Source: Laetmonice hystrix (Eukaryota). From it: a stretch of 64,000 nt of DNA. The number at the start of each line of letters is the position of its first letter. Positions within the stretch are counted from its first letter, which is position 1. Shown one piece after another: positions 39,157-51,400 of this stretch. Made by a program: the position numbers and the translations under genes. Location of the stretch: positions 21,268,001-21,332,000 of the forward strand of contig OZ249436.1 in the NCBI GenBank assembly GCA_965235115.1, read 5' to 3'. Under the pieces are notes generated by a model. It saw nothing but the letters and a program-made list of their open reading frames with translations. It ran no database searches and had not been told where the DNA came from.

Positions 39157-40345
39157 AGGGTTGGAGCAAGGGCCAGTTGGTGTGGGTATCACAGGGGTAG
39201 AACAAGGGCCAGTTGGTGTGTGGGTATCACAGGGGTAGAAGAAGGGCCAGTTGGTGTGGGTATCACAGGGGTAGAGCAAGGGCCAGTTGGTGTGGGTATC
39301 ACAGGGGTAGAAGAAGGGCCAGTTGGTGTGGGTATCACAGGGGTAGAACAAGGGCCAGTTGGTGTGGGTATCACAGGGGTAGAGCAATGGCCAGTTGGTC
39401 TGGGTATCAGAGAGGTAGAGCAAGGGCCAGTTGGTGTGGGTATCATAGGGGTAGAACAAGGGCCAGTTGGTGTGGGTATCACAGGGGTAGAGCAAGGGCC
39501 AGTTGATCAGTATCACAGGGGTAGAGCATGGGTCAGTTGGCGTGGGTATCACAGGGGTAATGCAAGGACCAGTTGGTGTGGGTATCACAGAGGCAGAGGA
39601 CTTGTTAGGGGCCAGTTGGTGTGGGTATCACAGGGGTAGAACAAGGACCAGTTGGTGTGGGTATCACAGGGGTAGAACAAGAACCAGTTGGCCAGTATCG
39701 CAGGGATAGAACAAGGACCAGTTGGTGTAGGTATATCACAGGGGTAGAACAAGGACCAGTTGGTGTAGGTATATCACAGGGGTAGAACAAGGACCAGTTG
39801 GTGTAGGTATATCACAGGGGTAGAACAAGGATCAGTTGGTGTAGGTATATCACAGGGGTAGAACAAGGACCAGTTGGCCAGTATCGCAGGGGTAGAACAA
39901 GAACCAGTTGGCCAGTATCACAGGGGTAGAACAAGGACCAGTTGGCCAGTATCGCAGGGGTAGAACAAGGACCAGTTGGCCAGTATCGCAGGGGTAGAAC
40001 AAGGGTCAGTTGGCCAGTATCACAGGGGTAGAACAAGGGTCAGTTGGCCAGTATCACAGGGGTAGAACAAGGGTCAGTTGGCCAGTATCACAGGGGTAGA
40101 ACAAGGACCAGATGGCCAGTATCGCAGGGGTAGAACAAGGACCAGATGGCCAGTATCGCAGGGGTAGAACAAGGACCAGATGGCCAGTATCGCAGGGGTA
40201 GAACAAGGACCAGTTGGCCAGTATCGCAGGGGTAGAACAAGGGTCAGTTGGCCAGTATCACAGGGGTAGAACAAGGACCAGTTGGCCAGTATCGCAGGGG
40301 TAGAACAAGGACCAGATGGCCAGTATCACAGGGGTAGAACAAGAG
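39157..40345. repeat. 34-38-bp minisatellite, ~33 copies
   Basis: ggggtagaacaagggccagttggtgtgggtatcaca (36 bp), grading into 38-bp and 34-bp variants. Confidence 0.95.
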
Positions 40346-41632
40346 TGTTGCAGGGGTGGAACAAGAACTGGTTAGTATGAGGACTGGGTGATGTGAGTAG
40401 ATGAAGGGTAGAACACGGACGGTGTGGTGTGGGTACTTAGGGATAAAGAAACTTGTTGGTATAGGGTACCACTGGGAGAAAAACAAGTACTGGTTGGTAC
40501 CAATACACAGGCGTAGGACAGGTTGGCTGGCAGGTGACGGTAGACGTACCCGAGCCCTTATTGCTCAGTTCAGAAATGCTCCATGTGAAAGCTATTACAG
40601 AGTCGGTTCAAAGTCAGAGAGAAGAGAAAGAGAGAGGGCCGGACATTGGGTCGGGTCGACAACTCTCTCATCAATCGGTCTGGGGACAGGTTGGCAGGCG
40701 GAGGGCGTCAGACTGGCCCACAACCAACTACCACATCAATCCAAACTCAAGTCTTGCAGCAATTTGCAAGTGATCAACGGACTCGCAGTAACTGGAGCCG
40801 AGCTGTTGCCGGGCCACCCTCCCACTCGGCCGCTCGCCCCATGTGCCCGACATATCCTTCCTAATCAAATTCATATTTCACGTGTCGGGGTCAATCGCTG
40901 CTAAAGTCGGCAAGCCTTCCTTAATTTGACGGTTCAAAGTGAGTCGCGTACTGCTGTAATTGTGTGCAAATTGAAGAAAACCGACTCAACTGACTTATAA
41001 TCTGTTCAGGAAACATTAAAGGGCAACTTAAGACGCCCATCGAAATATTCCCACAAGACAATTTGCATGTTATACTCTGAGAATAGCGTATTTAAACTCT
41101 AACGGTCCGCTTGATAATATTATAATAATGATTCTTGTCATGACGTCCCCTAACCTTATTACTTTAACACTCCGTCCACACTTAGATCTGTGCATAAAAC
41201 CTGAAAGAAATACTACAAGCCACCTCTCCTAATAAATCAAATACGGGCACCTAAAAACTGACAACTTAAAAAAACCCGGAGATTATGTGTCCCTCAGGTA
41301 TCTGTAAAACGTGTTAGTGAATATGTTTTAGTGTCGTGAAGGTCAATGGTACAAGATAAACCGACAACCCCATCACTGGTTGTGATGCTGCATGTCCTGC
41401 AGTCTGTGGTTAATGAAACGATTGTTGTTAGTGAAGACCTTCACCGTCTACACCATCAGTTTACATCTGTCTACACCTGTAGACATGATGACACGTGTTG
41501 GCGGCCATGGTATAGAACATGTTGAGTATACTGTTAGTAAACTTTAGTGACCAGAGCCCCTCAGTCTAGAGTATGTGAGTTCCGTGCCCAGACACCAGAG
41601 TGAGACAAATACACGGTGGTTGTACGACTTAC

Positions 41633-41785
41633 TCGTGTACTGGGTGAATGTTGGTAAGAACGTTTCTTGGCTCAGAGGACCTGTTTGAACTGGTTTCAGT
41701 TCAGTCAACGACCCTTCGTCCCCGGCCTTGTCCGGGGCCGGCGAACCTCCCTGGTTCGTGGCTGTTGTCGGGTTGTTGTTGTTTG
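41633..41785 (-). CDS. Pax2/5/8: Pax2/5/8 internal exon
   Basis: ttatttcag|CA ... ACG A|gtaagt; 153 nt, phase 1/1, open frame (T)NNNNPTTATNQGGSPAPDKAGDEGSLTELKPVQTGPLSQETFLPTFTQYT. Confidence 0.82.
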
Positions 41786-42606
41786 CTGAAATAACCGGTC
41801 AACAAAGTCCAACATTACTACTTTGTCGACGGCGTAAAACGGCTACTCGCACTGAACGTTAACAGTACGGGTTCAGACCACAGTCCGTGTGAGTTCTGGC
41901 GAAGGTTTGGAATGGTAGCCGAAGAGTTTACTGTAGATTGCTGAGCATCGACCGTAAACCTATGGTAGGATATATTATAACCCTATATCACTGGAGACTG
42001 GGTGGTCTCCTCGTGACGTCATCATCCGGGACCTTGATGTCAGTTAGGGATGATGTACACACCAAGGTCTGTACACTGTTACTATCAGGTAAATATGTGC
42101 AGGCGGGGGATTGTCTTTACATAAATATCCAGATCAGACTCCAGCTAGGACCTTTCTAAGACTACTGGATGCTTAATCTTCTAGAAAGAGAATTTAGAAT
42201 GGCTTTAGAATCGAACCCATTTTCGTGTTTTTTAAATATTTTTCTTCGCACCTTTTCTATTGATGGCACGAATAAGTCATACCAAAAAAAACGAATAATC
42301 CGACAGACAATAATAGATGATCCCCTTTCTAAAGCCATTCAATCGAAACTCTCATCGATACACACAAAACAGCAACATTATAATATTGGTAAAAAAAGCT
42401 ACATGTAAAATGCACTATAGGATCTAAACATGGGCAAAGTTCACACGAAGCATTCAGTTACGATTTTAAGAGCTACGTTACGGCATGCAGCATATCAATA
42501 CATATAAATGCCCACACGTGATCTGAGAGGCATGTTGTTAACGTGAGAGTCGACCTGTCGACAGTGGCGCCCCCTTCTTCCTGTGCACAAAGAGCCCAAA
42601 ACTTAC

Positions 42607-42737
42607 TTTCAGCATACTGGCTCACTGGCACAGGGGTAGTCGATTGTTGGTGTTGGATTTGCACTTGCTGTTGCTGTTGTTGCTGCTGCTGTTGCTGCTG
42701 CTGTTGCTGAGACTGCTGTTGTTGTTGCTGATGCTGT

Positions 42738-42775
<38 letters not shown>

Positions 42776-42900
42776 CTGTTGCTGCTGTTGCTGGGGTACG
42801 ATACTAGCAGGGTCGACAGAGACCAATGTAATGGTGGGTGGTTTCACGTCGGCGGCAGTGACCACTGTGGCTAGTTGGACGGTCGCCAGTGCGTTATTGC
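42607..42900 (-). CDS. Pax2/5/8: Pax2/5/8 internal exon with polyglutamine tract
   Basis: gtttcgttag|GC ... GAA A|gtaagt; 294 nt, phase 1/1. Encodes (G)NNALATVQLATVVTAADVKPP...Q20-H-Q6-S-Q15...PVSQYAE. Confidence 0.82.
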
Positions 42901-45900
42901 CTAACGAAACAACACAACACGCCGATCAAACTCAAGCCTACCACACACAATCACATGCCATTAACTGGGGGTAGGAGATTTAAATAAAACAAAAACTTAT
43001 TGGTAAACTAAAGGTGCATGCTCGACAGTCAATCAATCCACACAGTGAACAGGTCTGATCTTATTCCACATGTTTGCATAATGATTTGTGTTCTCTAGAT
43101 AATCCTAAAGAGTTCAAAATTCAAAATTCACTTTATTTCCACGTTCTTAACGATTTAGTCGGGCTACATCTTTATAAACTAGGGTATTGTTGACGTGGGG
43201 AAAACCTAAAAATCATTACCAAAATGGATAGTCAATAATTGATAGTCAATGTTTTTATGCTATAGTTCTAATTCAACACAATACTATATGCAAACAATTG
43301 TGTGGGAATCACCTTAAGCGAAATCATTCAAATGCTATGCTGGAAAATGTAGCGTGCTTTTCCACCAGTAAGATTCGTGCTCCAGCATCAATACGTCAGA
43401 AACAGTAACACAATGCAGAGATAGTTAAAATACGGACGAAACATGATGCAGAAACATGCAGGGGGTACCATGCAATAATGGGTCATTCTCAAGTCTCAAG
43501 TGTTTGCCTGTCGGATATTTACGTGGGGTAGGGTTTTTACCCGGATAAAAGAACCTTTCCCCAGCGTTCGCTCCGCCTGTAACTTGGTTTTTACAGTAGT
43601 TGAATGAGTGCCGACTGAGTGAGCGTTGACAGGAGTGGTGCTGGATGAAGACATAGTAGGATCACAGCATGCTTGTGTCATGAACGGGAGCTGGATGACG
43701 GGGCGCGGGCCGGGGGCCGTGCTGGGCTGGCCGGGGGAGGCCCTACCCACCCCGTTAGAAGTGGTCAGCGGGAGGCCGGGGTAGTAATGGGCGCCCGGTC
43801 GGCCCGCTACACGTGTTCTCGGCCCGGCCCCTCCCAACCGTCAAACCCTGTGTCCCCGGCCACTACATCACCCGTATACCATACGCTATCAGACGTCCAG
43901 TCGGGCACATCTTGAAAACGGCCAACCGAAAACGACACTCGTATACCAAACTCCGGAGGTTTTTTTTATCGTCTGGAGGAATCACCCCAGCGGTATATCT
44001 CCATGCTGAGGAAATTCGATTTAAATCTCCTCCCTCCGACCAAGCTGCGGGCTACTGCTGCGGCGACAATGAAATAGGCCTGCGAATCATGTGCAAGATG
44101 GCATTCTCGATATGGAAGCCAGCTTTACGTTGTCTGTAATACGTCACTGATTACGACTCTGTGCTATCCCCCAGCAGGTCTGTCCAGGAAAGTTCTCAGA
44201 CACGTGTTCATGGTAACCACAGCCAAATTGGTGCTGGGATATGGACAGCAGAGCCTGTGGTGATCTGTGTCGGAACACAGGGATATGATTGCCCGTATCA
44301 TGCCATATCCACCACGGGGCAAACATGTCGGGCATGTAGGGGATGAAACCGGAAACTCTCGCCTACAAGTGTAAGGGGTCAGTCGGCGGGAAGTTGGCCA
44401 TTTACTTTTCCAAGTAACACAAGCTCCAAAGTTTGGTGTTGGCAGCCGTTTGTAATCTGACAAACATGTGCAGACTGTCATCAACCTCTAGCTGGCTGTC
44501 AACACATGGTCAAGTATGGCTGAAAACATGATTTACCTATCCGGCTCGCTGCCTGGGCAGCCCTTCTTATTATAGTCCCCGGGACCCGGGTAATCAGTGT
44601 GCATGTGTAACAATATTGAGGATGCTCCCAGACACAAATACCAACCTTTCTAAAGTTAGAGATTTTTTTCTCTAACCTGATAAAGCTCACAGCATGCCAT
44701 TCTTACACTGATTGTAGACCTTCAAGTTGTGTATCAGAACCACATGAGCTGTGGTGACGGATGCGCGACACCCAATACGTCATGTCATTTGGCGATACGT
44801 CAAGTTTGCATAGCGAGATTTCTGGCTGCTTTGGTGGCTTGTTGGTTTTTGTGGTGTTTTTGTTGGTTTTGTGCTTGACCTGGTTGGCTCGATGACAGGG
44901 TCGGTCAGCGCTAACGGTGTGTGGATATTCCGACACGATGACGATTTAATGACAAGGACGTAATGTCTCAGAATGTTGCGAGTGTTGGGATACATTGTAA
45001 GTTAGAGGCTGTGACAGGGGAGCGGGGCCTGCTTGGAGTACGACCCCACTGATGTAAGCCATGTGTGGAGGGTGGTGGGAGAGGGAGGAAGGCGTGGGAC
45101 GGTTGGTGGAGGTGGGGAGGACAGCGGCGGCCGAGGGTAGAGGGCTGGCCGGGGCCGTCCCCTGCCGGCTGCCGTCCACATGTTATACACAAGGAGCCCC
45201 GGCGGGGCGGTGACGGCCGCCGCCTGGAGCCGCCCGGTGCCCACCTCCCGGGAGCTCCCCGCCGACCCGCCGACCGGCAGCAGGTCGAGCCAGCCCCGAC
45301 ACGCACATCCAACCGGTACCGACGGAAAATTGCTCTGCATGCTGTCCTTCCAAAGCCCATTACGCTAGTTACGACAGGAGCGCAAACAGCGGTAATCGCG
45401 AGTACTACAAGTCGCTTTTTGATCGTAAAGACGCGGCTTTTACGAGTTCAAGGCAATTTTAAACAACTATATCCTGCGCTGCTTGCGGGAGACAGTATTC
45501 GTACCCACCGACTTCCGCTAAAAAAATATGACGTCATCGAGAGGCTCAAATACTTCAGACATCCCAATATTTTTCATCAGTTTTACAGTATGCCATTTTC
45601 TTCCAATACGGAAGAGCTACATGAATTGAGGAAGTTTTCAGTTAATGTGTTTACTCCCCGTCAACTCGTTGCGGTTCAATGACACCCTCAGTATACGGTC
45701 TATAGCGACGAGAGGAACGGCCAGCAATAAGGGGCCAGGGGCTATTGTTCAATGTCATGGGTATTTACTCCGGAAAAACATCCCTTCTCTACTATGATGA
45801 CTTTATAGCCAAAGGCTCTCTCCTCAAGAGGCCAAAATTGTTAACATATTTACAACTGGCCCGGTGTATGTTCTTCACACTAATACTGAGATAATTAGTC

Positions 45901-47296
45901 AGTAGGCCTGCAGGCCCTTGCCAGTCACTGAACCGACGACAAGCGGCAACCCCTTTCATATTGCATCGCCAATCTCAATGAATCTACTCACAATTTCTCT
46001 TGTAGCTGATGTAATATAATCTCTGAGGATTTAGGACTTAGATCTTATAAAACTTATATGAAACATCATTTTACGCTTAGTGCCCCTTCATAATGCCGAT
46101 GAACTTTCAGCACTTATTTGCCATCCTTCTGATGATAGCCCCACAACTTAGTTTTACACTACTGTCATACCGAATACTGACACAACTCTATACAAACTTT
46201 GCTCCTACTTTAAAGAACACTGGGACAAAAAGATGAGATAGATACCCATACAGCGGATCTCTATACTGTATGTGCCATCACGACCCGAGCGTCTGGCGCC
46301 ATGCTATATATCCAGGTCACCGTGAGAGCCATACTAATATGATGGGACAGGGATCGGTCGGGCCAGGTGGCTGGTCCCTGGTCAGTTCACATGATGATCA
46401 GACGGTGGCCATGCCACCTCATGCCCACCTGTTGGCCTCCCCCTCCCCCTCCCCGATCCACAACATGTAACTCGCCCTTAACGGTTCTCTACAGCCTCAG
46501 GCTGTACAGTCGCCATTTGCAATTTAAAACAAAAGACTGGGATTAAAGCGGATATTTAACACTGCTATCCAACCCATCGTCTGAATCTGGCTGCTGTCGG
46601 TGGCGATTTCCGGCGCCATATTTGACACAGTACGATCCAGTTTAAAGGGTTATCAAAGTACGCGCGTGCCGATCAGATGTCGACCCCGAATGTCAAACGG
46701 AGTCGTCGAAATGTGGATGGGATTGGATGGAGTGGATCAGTTCAAGCCGTGGTATTGTCCGCCATGATGACGTCAAGTGGATCGCTTCCTGTCTCACTGG
46801 CAGATCAAAACACGCGTGCTGTGACTTCATTTGGAGCCAATTATGAATCATACAGCTCGGGAGACCACTTGTACGAGTTTAGTGGGAACCATGTGAGGAT
46901 GAAAGCGAGCAGTCAAAGAGACAGTGCACGGACGATAATTGGCATGTCGGCCCTGGAGAGGTCAATGTCAGCATGACGTCTCCCAGACCATGGACGTATG
47001 TAGAGACACTGTAGTTACGGCGACATGAGTATCAATCAATCGCTCCGGACAATAAACTAGCGGCGTTTTGTTGAAGACTGAAACAAAAGTCGTCTGCCCC
47101 TGCTGTGACGTCATGGAAGCATGTGATGACTATGATGAACTGCTGGCCACGTGTGACTGTACATGTGGGGGCCCGAGGACGAACATGTAACAATTACAGG
47201 GCCAGCTGCCCGCTGAAACATGTGTACGACAGATTTTGCCTGGCACTGAAAACTTCTGATATAAACCAGAGAGAACGTCATGATCTCAGGACTCAC

Positions 47297-47597
47297 CTAT
47301 GGATTGGGTGAAGGTGCCGGCGGAACTGGTTTGGACGTCTGCTACCGTCGTTTGGACTGGATTCAAACTGGCCATAGAGACAGCTGTGGTTAGACTCGGC
47401 AGTGAGCTGAAGTCAACCGTAGGTTGTTGCTGAGGGTGACTTGTCTTGGTGGGGTCTTGGTCGGCCTGCGACGTGGCCACGGCGTAAAACTGGCTGGGAT
47501 ACGTATTGATGTTCACCAACTGTAGCTCGTCGTCGGTTTTCCTTATCTTAGGGGAAGGCTCGTAGGTGGTCCATGGGATCTGTGTCAACACCGGAAT
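47297..47597 (-). CDS. Pax2/5/8: Pax2/5/8 internal exon, S/T/Q-rich
   Basis: cccccag|ATT (or in-frame acacag|ATC starting 47579) ... ATA G|gtgagt; 301 nt, phase 0/1. Encodes IPVLTQIPWTTYEPSPKIRKTDDELQLVN...SSAGTFTQSI. Confidence 0.8.
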
Positions 47598-48384
47598 CTG
47601 GGGGTTACCCGGACATAAAAGATACGTTATTTTCGGTTGGTCAAAGAAAAGTAGGTCAATGTGAAGTGAACAAAACTCCCCTGTTAGTGACATAATAAAA
47701 TACAATATGATTAGCAAAACCGACACAGACTGAGGAACATTATCTCAGATTATTAATAAAAATTATATTAATTAGAATGCAGGTCCAACCTCCTGCAAGT
47801 CAAAACATAAGTGCCATCTGTTGATGGTCTAAGACTAGTGTTGAATTGAGGTAAGCACGTGTAGAAAAGAGATAGTCATTGTTACGGTTGAGAGAACACG
47901 CCGAGAACGAGGCGAGGACGAAGGATGTTAAGTTAAGTAGATAATGGCTATCGTTCGTGTTCTGTAAGCTGTGTGAGCTTGCTGCCCATTGCCTGATGGC
48001 AATTCGTGGGAACACTTGCTGCACGCCTCTACAGCTCTATCCTGCTCTGCTTGCATGCAACGATGCATTTTGTACGTCGTCTATACAAACCATGTAGTTA
48101 AATATTAAAACTCGCCATATGCTACAAAAAATTCGAGTGGCATGGAGCCAGGACCCTTCAGACGCCCTGACGGACCACTCTGTCATCGACATTCTGACAA
48201 ATTGTCCCAGCAATAGATCTTCAGGAAATACGGAACCCAACATATCCATACAAATTCTGGTTCATACTTTGTTTTCCTGCACCTGATAACATTTCGATGG
48301 GCGCCTTAGATCCAATCATCACCGAGCGTGACGAATACATCAAGCTGTGTAAGGACAGTTAATTAGGTGACACGGTCTGCTTAC

Positions 48385-48437
48385 CTCAGGTCGTGTCTCG
48401 CCGTTTGTCGGTGTTTCCCCGTCTATGTGCCCGTTCA
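48385..48437 (-). CDS. Pax2/5/8: Pax2/5/8 small internal exon
   Basis: tctcttccag|TG ... GAG|gtaagc; 53 nt, phase 1/0, which bridges the flanking exons. Encodes (V)NGHIDGETPTNGETRPE. Confidence 0.8.
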
Positions 48438-51400
48438 CTGGAAGAGATAAGGTGGGGTAAATTACCAGGGGGGGGGTGAGATCGTGGGGGGTTATGATAT
48501 ATGGGTAGGAGCATTGCTGGTTTGACCGAGGGCAGGTAGGCCCCGTTCCAGACGAAGAAAACAACACCTTAAGTTAAACAGTTAGAATCGAGCTGTCATC
48601 GACACCCAGCAATCTAACACGTCAAGTCGACAGAACGCGACGACTTTACCAACAGATCACAGCTCCGTTACATAAACTGTTGTCGGATTGAGACATGTGG
48701 TAATACATCACAACAAAATAAAACACTCACTCAGACAACAAAACTAAGTACCCTTAAGATAACAGATACCAACGGTATTCTCTAAGTCAACAGTTAAAGC
48801 CGTTCAATGTTTATTTTCTAAAACCAAAGCGACTTGATTAAAATGGAAGTAAACTTAACAAGATGTGATAATGTCACACAATTGTGATATAGTTCTAGAC
48901 AGTATATTAGACTAATCTACAGCTCTACGTGGATCTGAGGATGTCATGACCTTATGAAATCTAACTCGAGGCTAAACATTTCTTTTCATAGAGCAGTATC
49001 CTCACGTTATTAAAAAGTTACTTCATGTCATGATTCGTTATAACCTCTCAGTGGTGTCTGTATCACCGATTCAAGTCAAACATCACCCCAGCTACTCCTT
49101 ACAATTGTTCACGGTAGCCTATAGGCCTACGATTGGCGCTGAGAATGAGCTGACGATGATGGATCGTCGTCATCATTAAAAGGTATTCTCCACACAGTAA
49201 CAGAGAACTCGCCCAAAGCAAAGTTTCTCAGGTATCCAGTCACCTGTACCCAGAATCCCTTCTACAAGAGCGACTTTTTCGTCACCTCTTTGTTGCAGAT
49301 AATTATTGGGTAACACTTGTTATGTAAGAGGAGCACTTAGAAAATGTGCAAACAATCTCTGTTATATTGAAGCTGTATTCCGGTTAATTAAGCTACATGT
49401 CGACAAGGAAGACAGTGGGAGGGGATGTAGGTGATAGATGACTTGGTCGGTGAGACGGTAACGGATTGTAGGGACCACCTCCCACTGATTCTCACTACAT
49501 TTGTCACCTCGACTCTTGTCACCACATACAAGAGATCACACCACTGGGTGGGTGGGGGGGGGGGGACACCGTCAGAGGAGGACACCTAGATATATAGAGG
49601 CAATCAGTCTGACTGCACACGTCAAACAGTTTATTAGGACATCTAGTTTAGAAGGAGTGGAGTCTAGTCACCAACATATAGTTGCATCTGTTTAGACCTG
49701 TACTTATGTTGGCCATTCTTCTTGACTTATTGCGTAAGTTCAGCTATTATCGATATAAGATCGATGGTTACAGCTAGGTTTACAGGCACACGACGTGTGG
49801 GTGACTGGTTCACGATATCATGTTGGTCACCGGTACATCACGGGTCAGTGGACACAGACGGCGAACTCGGCCAGTCTCAGGTTTGAGCGAATCGAGCTCT
49901 GAAACTTATATACCAACTTGTACACCAAGGTGGCCCATACTAAACTGTGTCAATGGCGACACTTGTGATATACCATTGAGTATATGATTGGCTTTAGTGA
50001 ATAGCTACATATTTCATTAACGTTTCTCAAAATGAGGAAACGCTATCATGGCACTGTAATCTTGGCGTTGTCTCCACCCCACCGCACCCGTCTCCCGGCG
50101 GTGTGTAGGGTATGGAGGGGTAATGACCACCCTCGTCACCAGACATGACGACTGTTCACTCACACCGGTCACTCCTCATTCAACATACACTCTCCGACTC
50201 CTGATGTACAATGCTCAAATATTTCCTCCTCCTCAAGTGAGTCATTCTGATTGGACAATCACAGAAGCGCTTCCCATTTCTTGCCCAATTTAACCCAACT
50301 GTCCGATCATTCGGATCGTCTTGATCAGCATATACAAGGGAGAAATCGGAACGAACGGGGCGGCCTTTTGATCCGACATTGAATGGGAGTGGATTTATTG
50401 ACTTTCCGTGCTGTGTTCTGTCCGGCCCGATTGTTCGGTGCTGTGTGCCTCTACCCAGCTAGATTGTGTATATAAAAGCCAGTCGGGACGCGCTTTGAAG
50501 CGCAGGCAGACAAATTTCAGAGTCAATTTAGCAGCAGTGTATCGGTAGTCGCACAGGGAGATTGCCAAGCGTCGAGACGGGGCTGCAAACCTAAGCCAGG
50601 CCGATTCGGGTGAAGTGCCCAAATTGTGTGTGCCGCGACCAGTTTAGTTCCAGTGTCGCACTGGGACCCCGAGCACGCTTATTATAGGGGGAAAAAACGT
50701 GGACAGATTCTCATTTTGGTCGGTATACACTGACTGTCAACTATCGCTGTGCCCCTGCTATACACACACCTGCCCTGGGGATCCGTACAGAAGGCATGGA
50801 GGCTGACAACCACACAGAGCTGTCTATCGAGACCCAGTCCTGCCGGTTCCTCTCACAGTCAGCCACCGGTCCGCCTATAATCCCACACCTAAAGCCCGCA
50901 TCCAAAGCTCCCAATCTCCCTTTAATTGAAGGCGGTTCCTGAAATGGTACTCCATTCACTTTTTCGCACTCTTCGCGTGACCGACTGGAGTAAGAATTGT
51001 GTTGGGTAATTAATCGTGTGTTAACCCCAATCATTCCGGGGGAGCAGACAGTGACTAAGACGGTGCTCCCTTGTGTGTCACATAATGACACCCCTTTCTC
51101 ATCTTTCCCACGACCGTCACCGGTTCTTTGTCCGTCCACCAGGGATCCACCTGACTCAGACAAGGGTAGGCCGGGAGGGGGCGCTGGGGGTCACGGTGAT
51201 TATGTCAGGGTACTTGGGATGCGCCCATCTTATTAGACACGGTCTCTGATCAACGCTGTCCCGGCACGGTCATGTTGTAAATATCCCGCCGCCCTGTGCC
51301 ACTTTACCGCCCTACTCGTCCCTCCCTCCCGGCCGGCCGGCCCCCACCTGTCCGGCCGTGTAAGTGATCGGCCGGTCGGCTGCCCGGCCTGCTCCCTGCC

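Noticed and set aside
39049..40486. Collagen-like or GVEQGPVGVGIT ORFs
   Set aside because: Minisatellite translation with frame-breaking unit lengths inside a Pax intron.
42644..42874. Poly-leucine ORF on the plus strand
   Set aside because: Antisense shadow of the polyQ exon.
45065..45682. 205-aa plus-strand ORF (and the GC-rich ORFs at 36167-36857)
   Set aside because: Low-complexity GC-rich frames open on both strands, with no domain.
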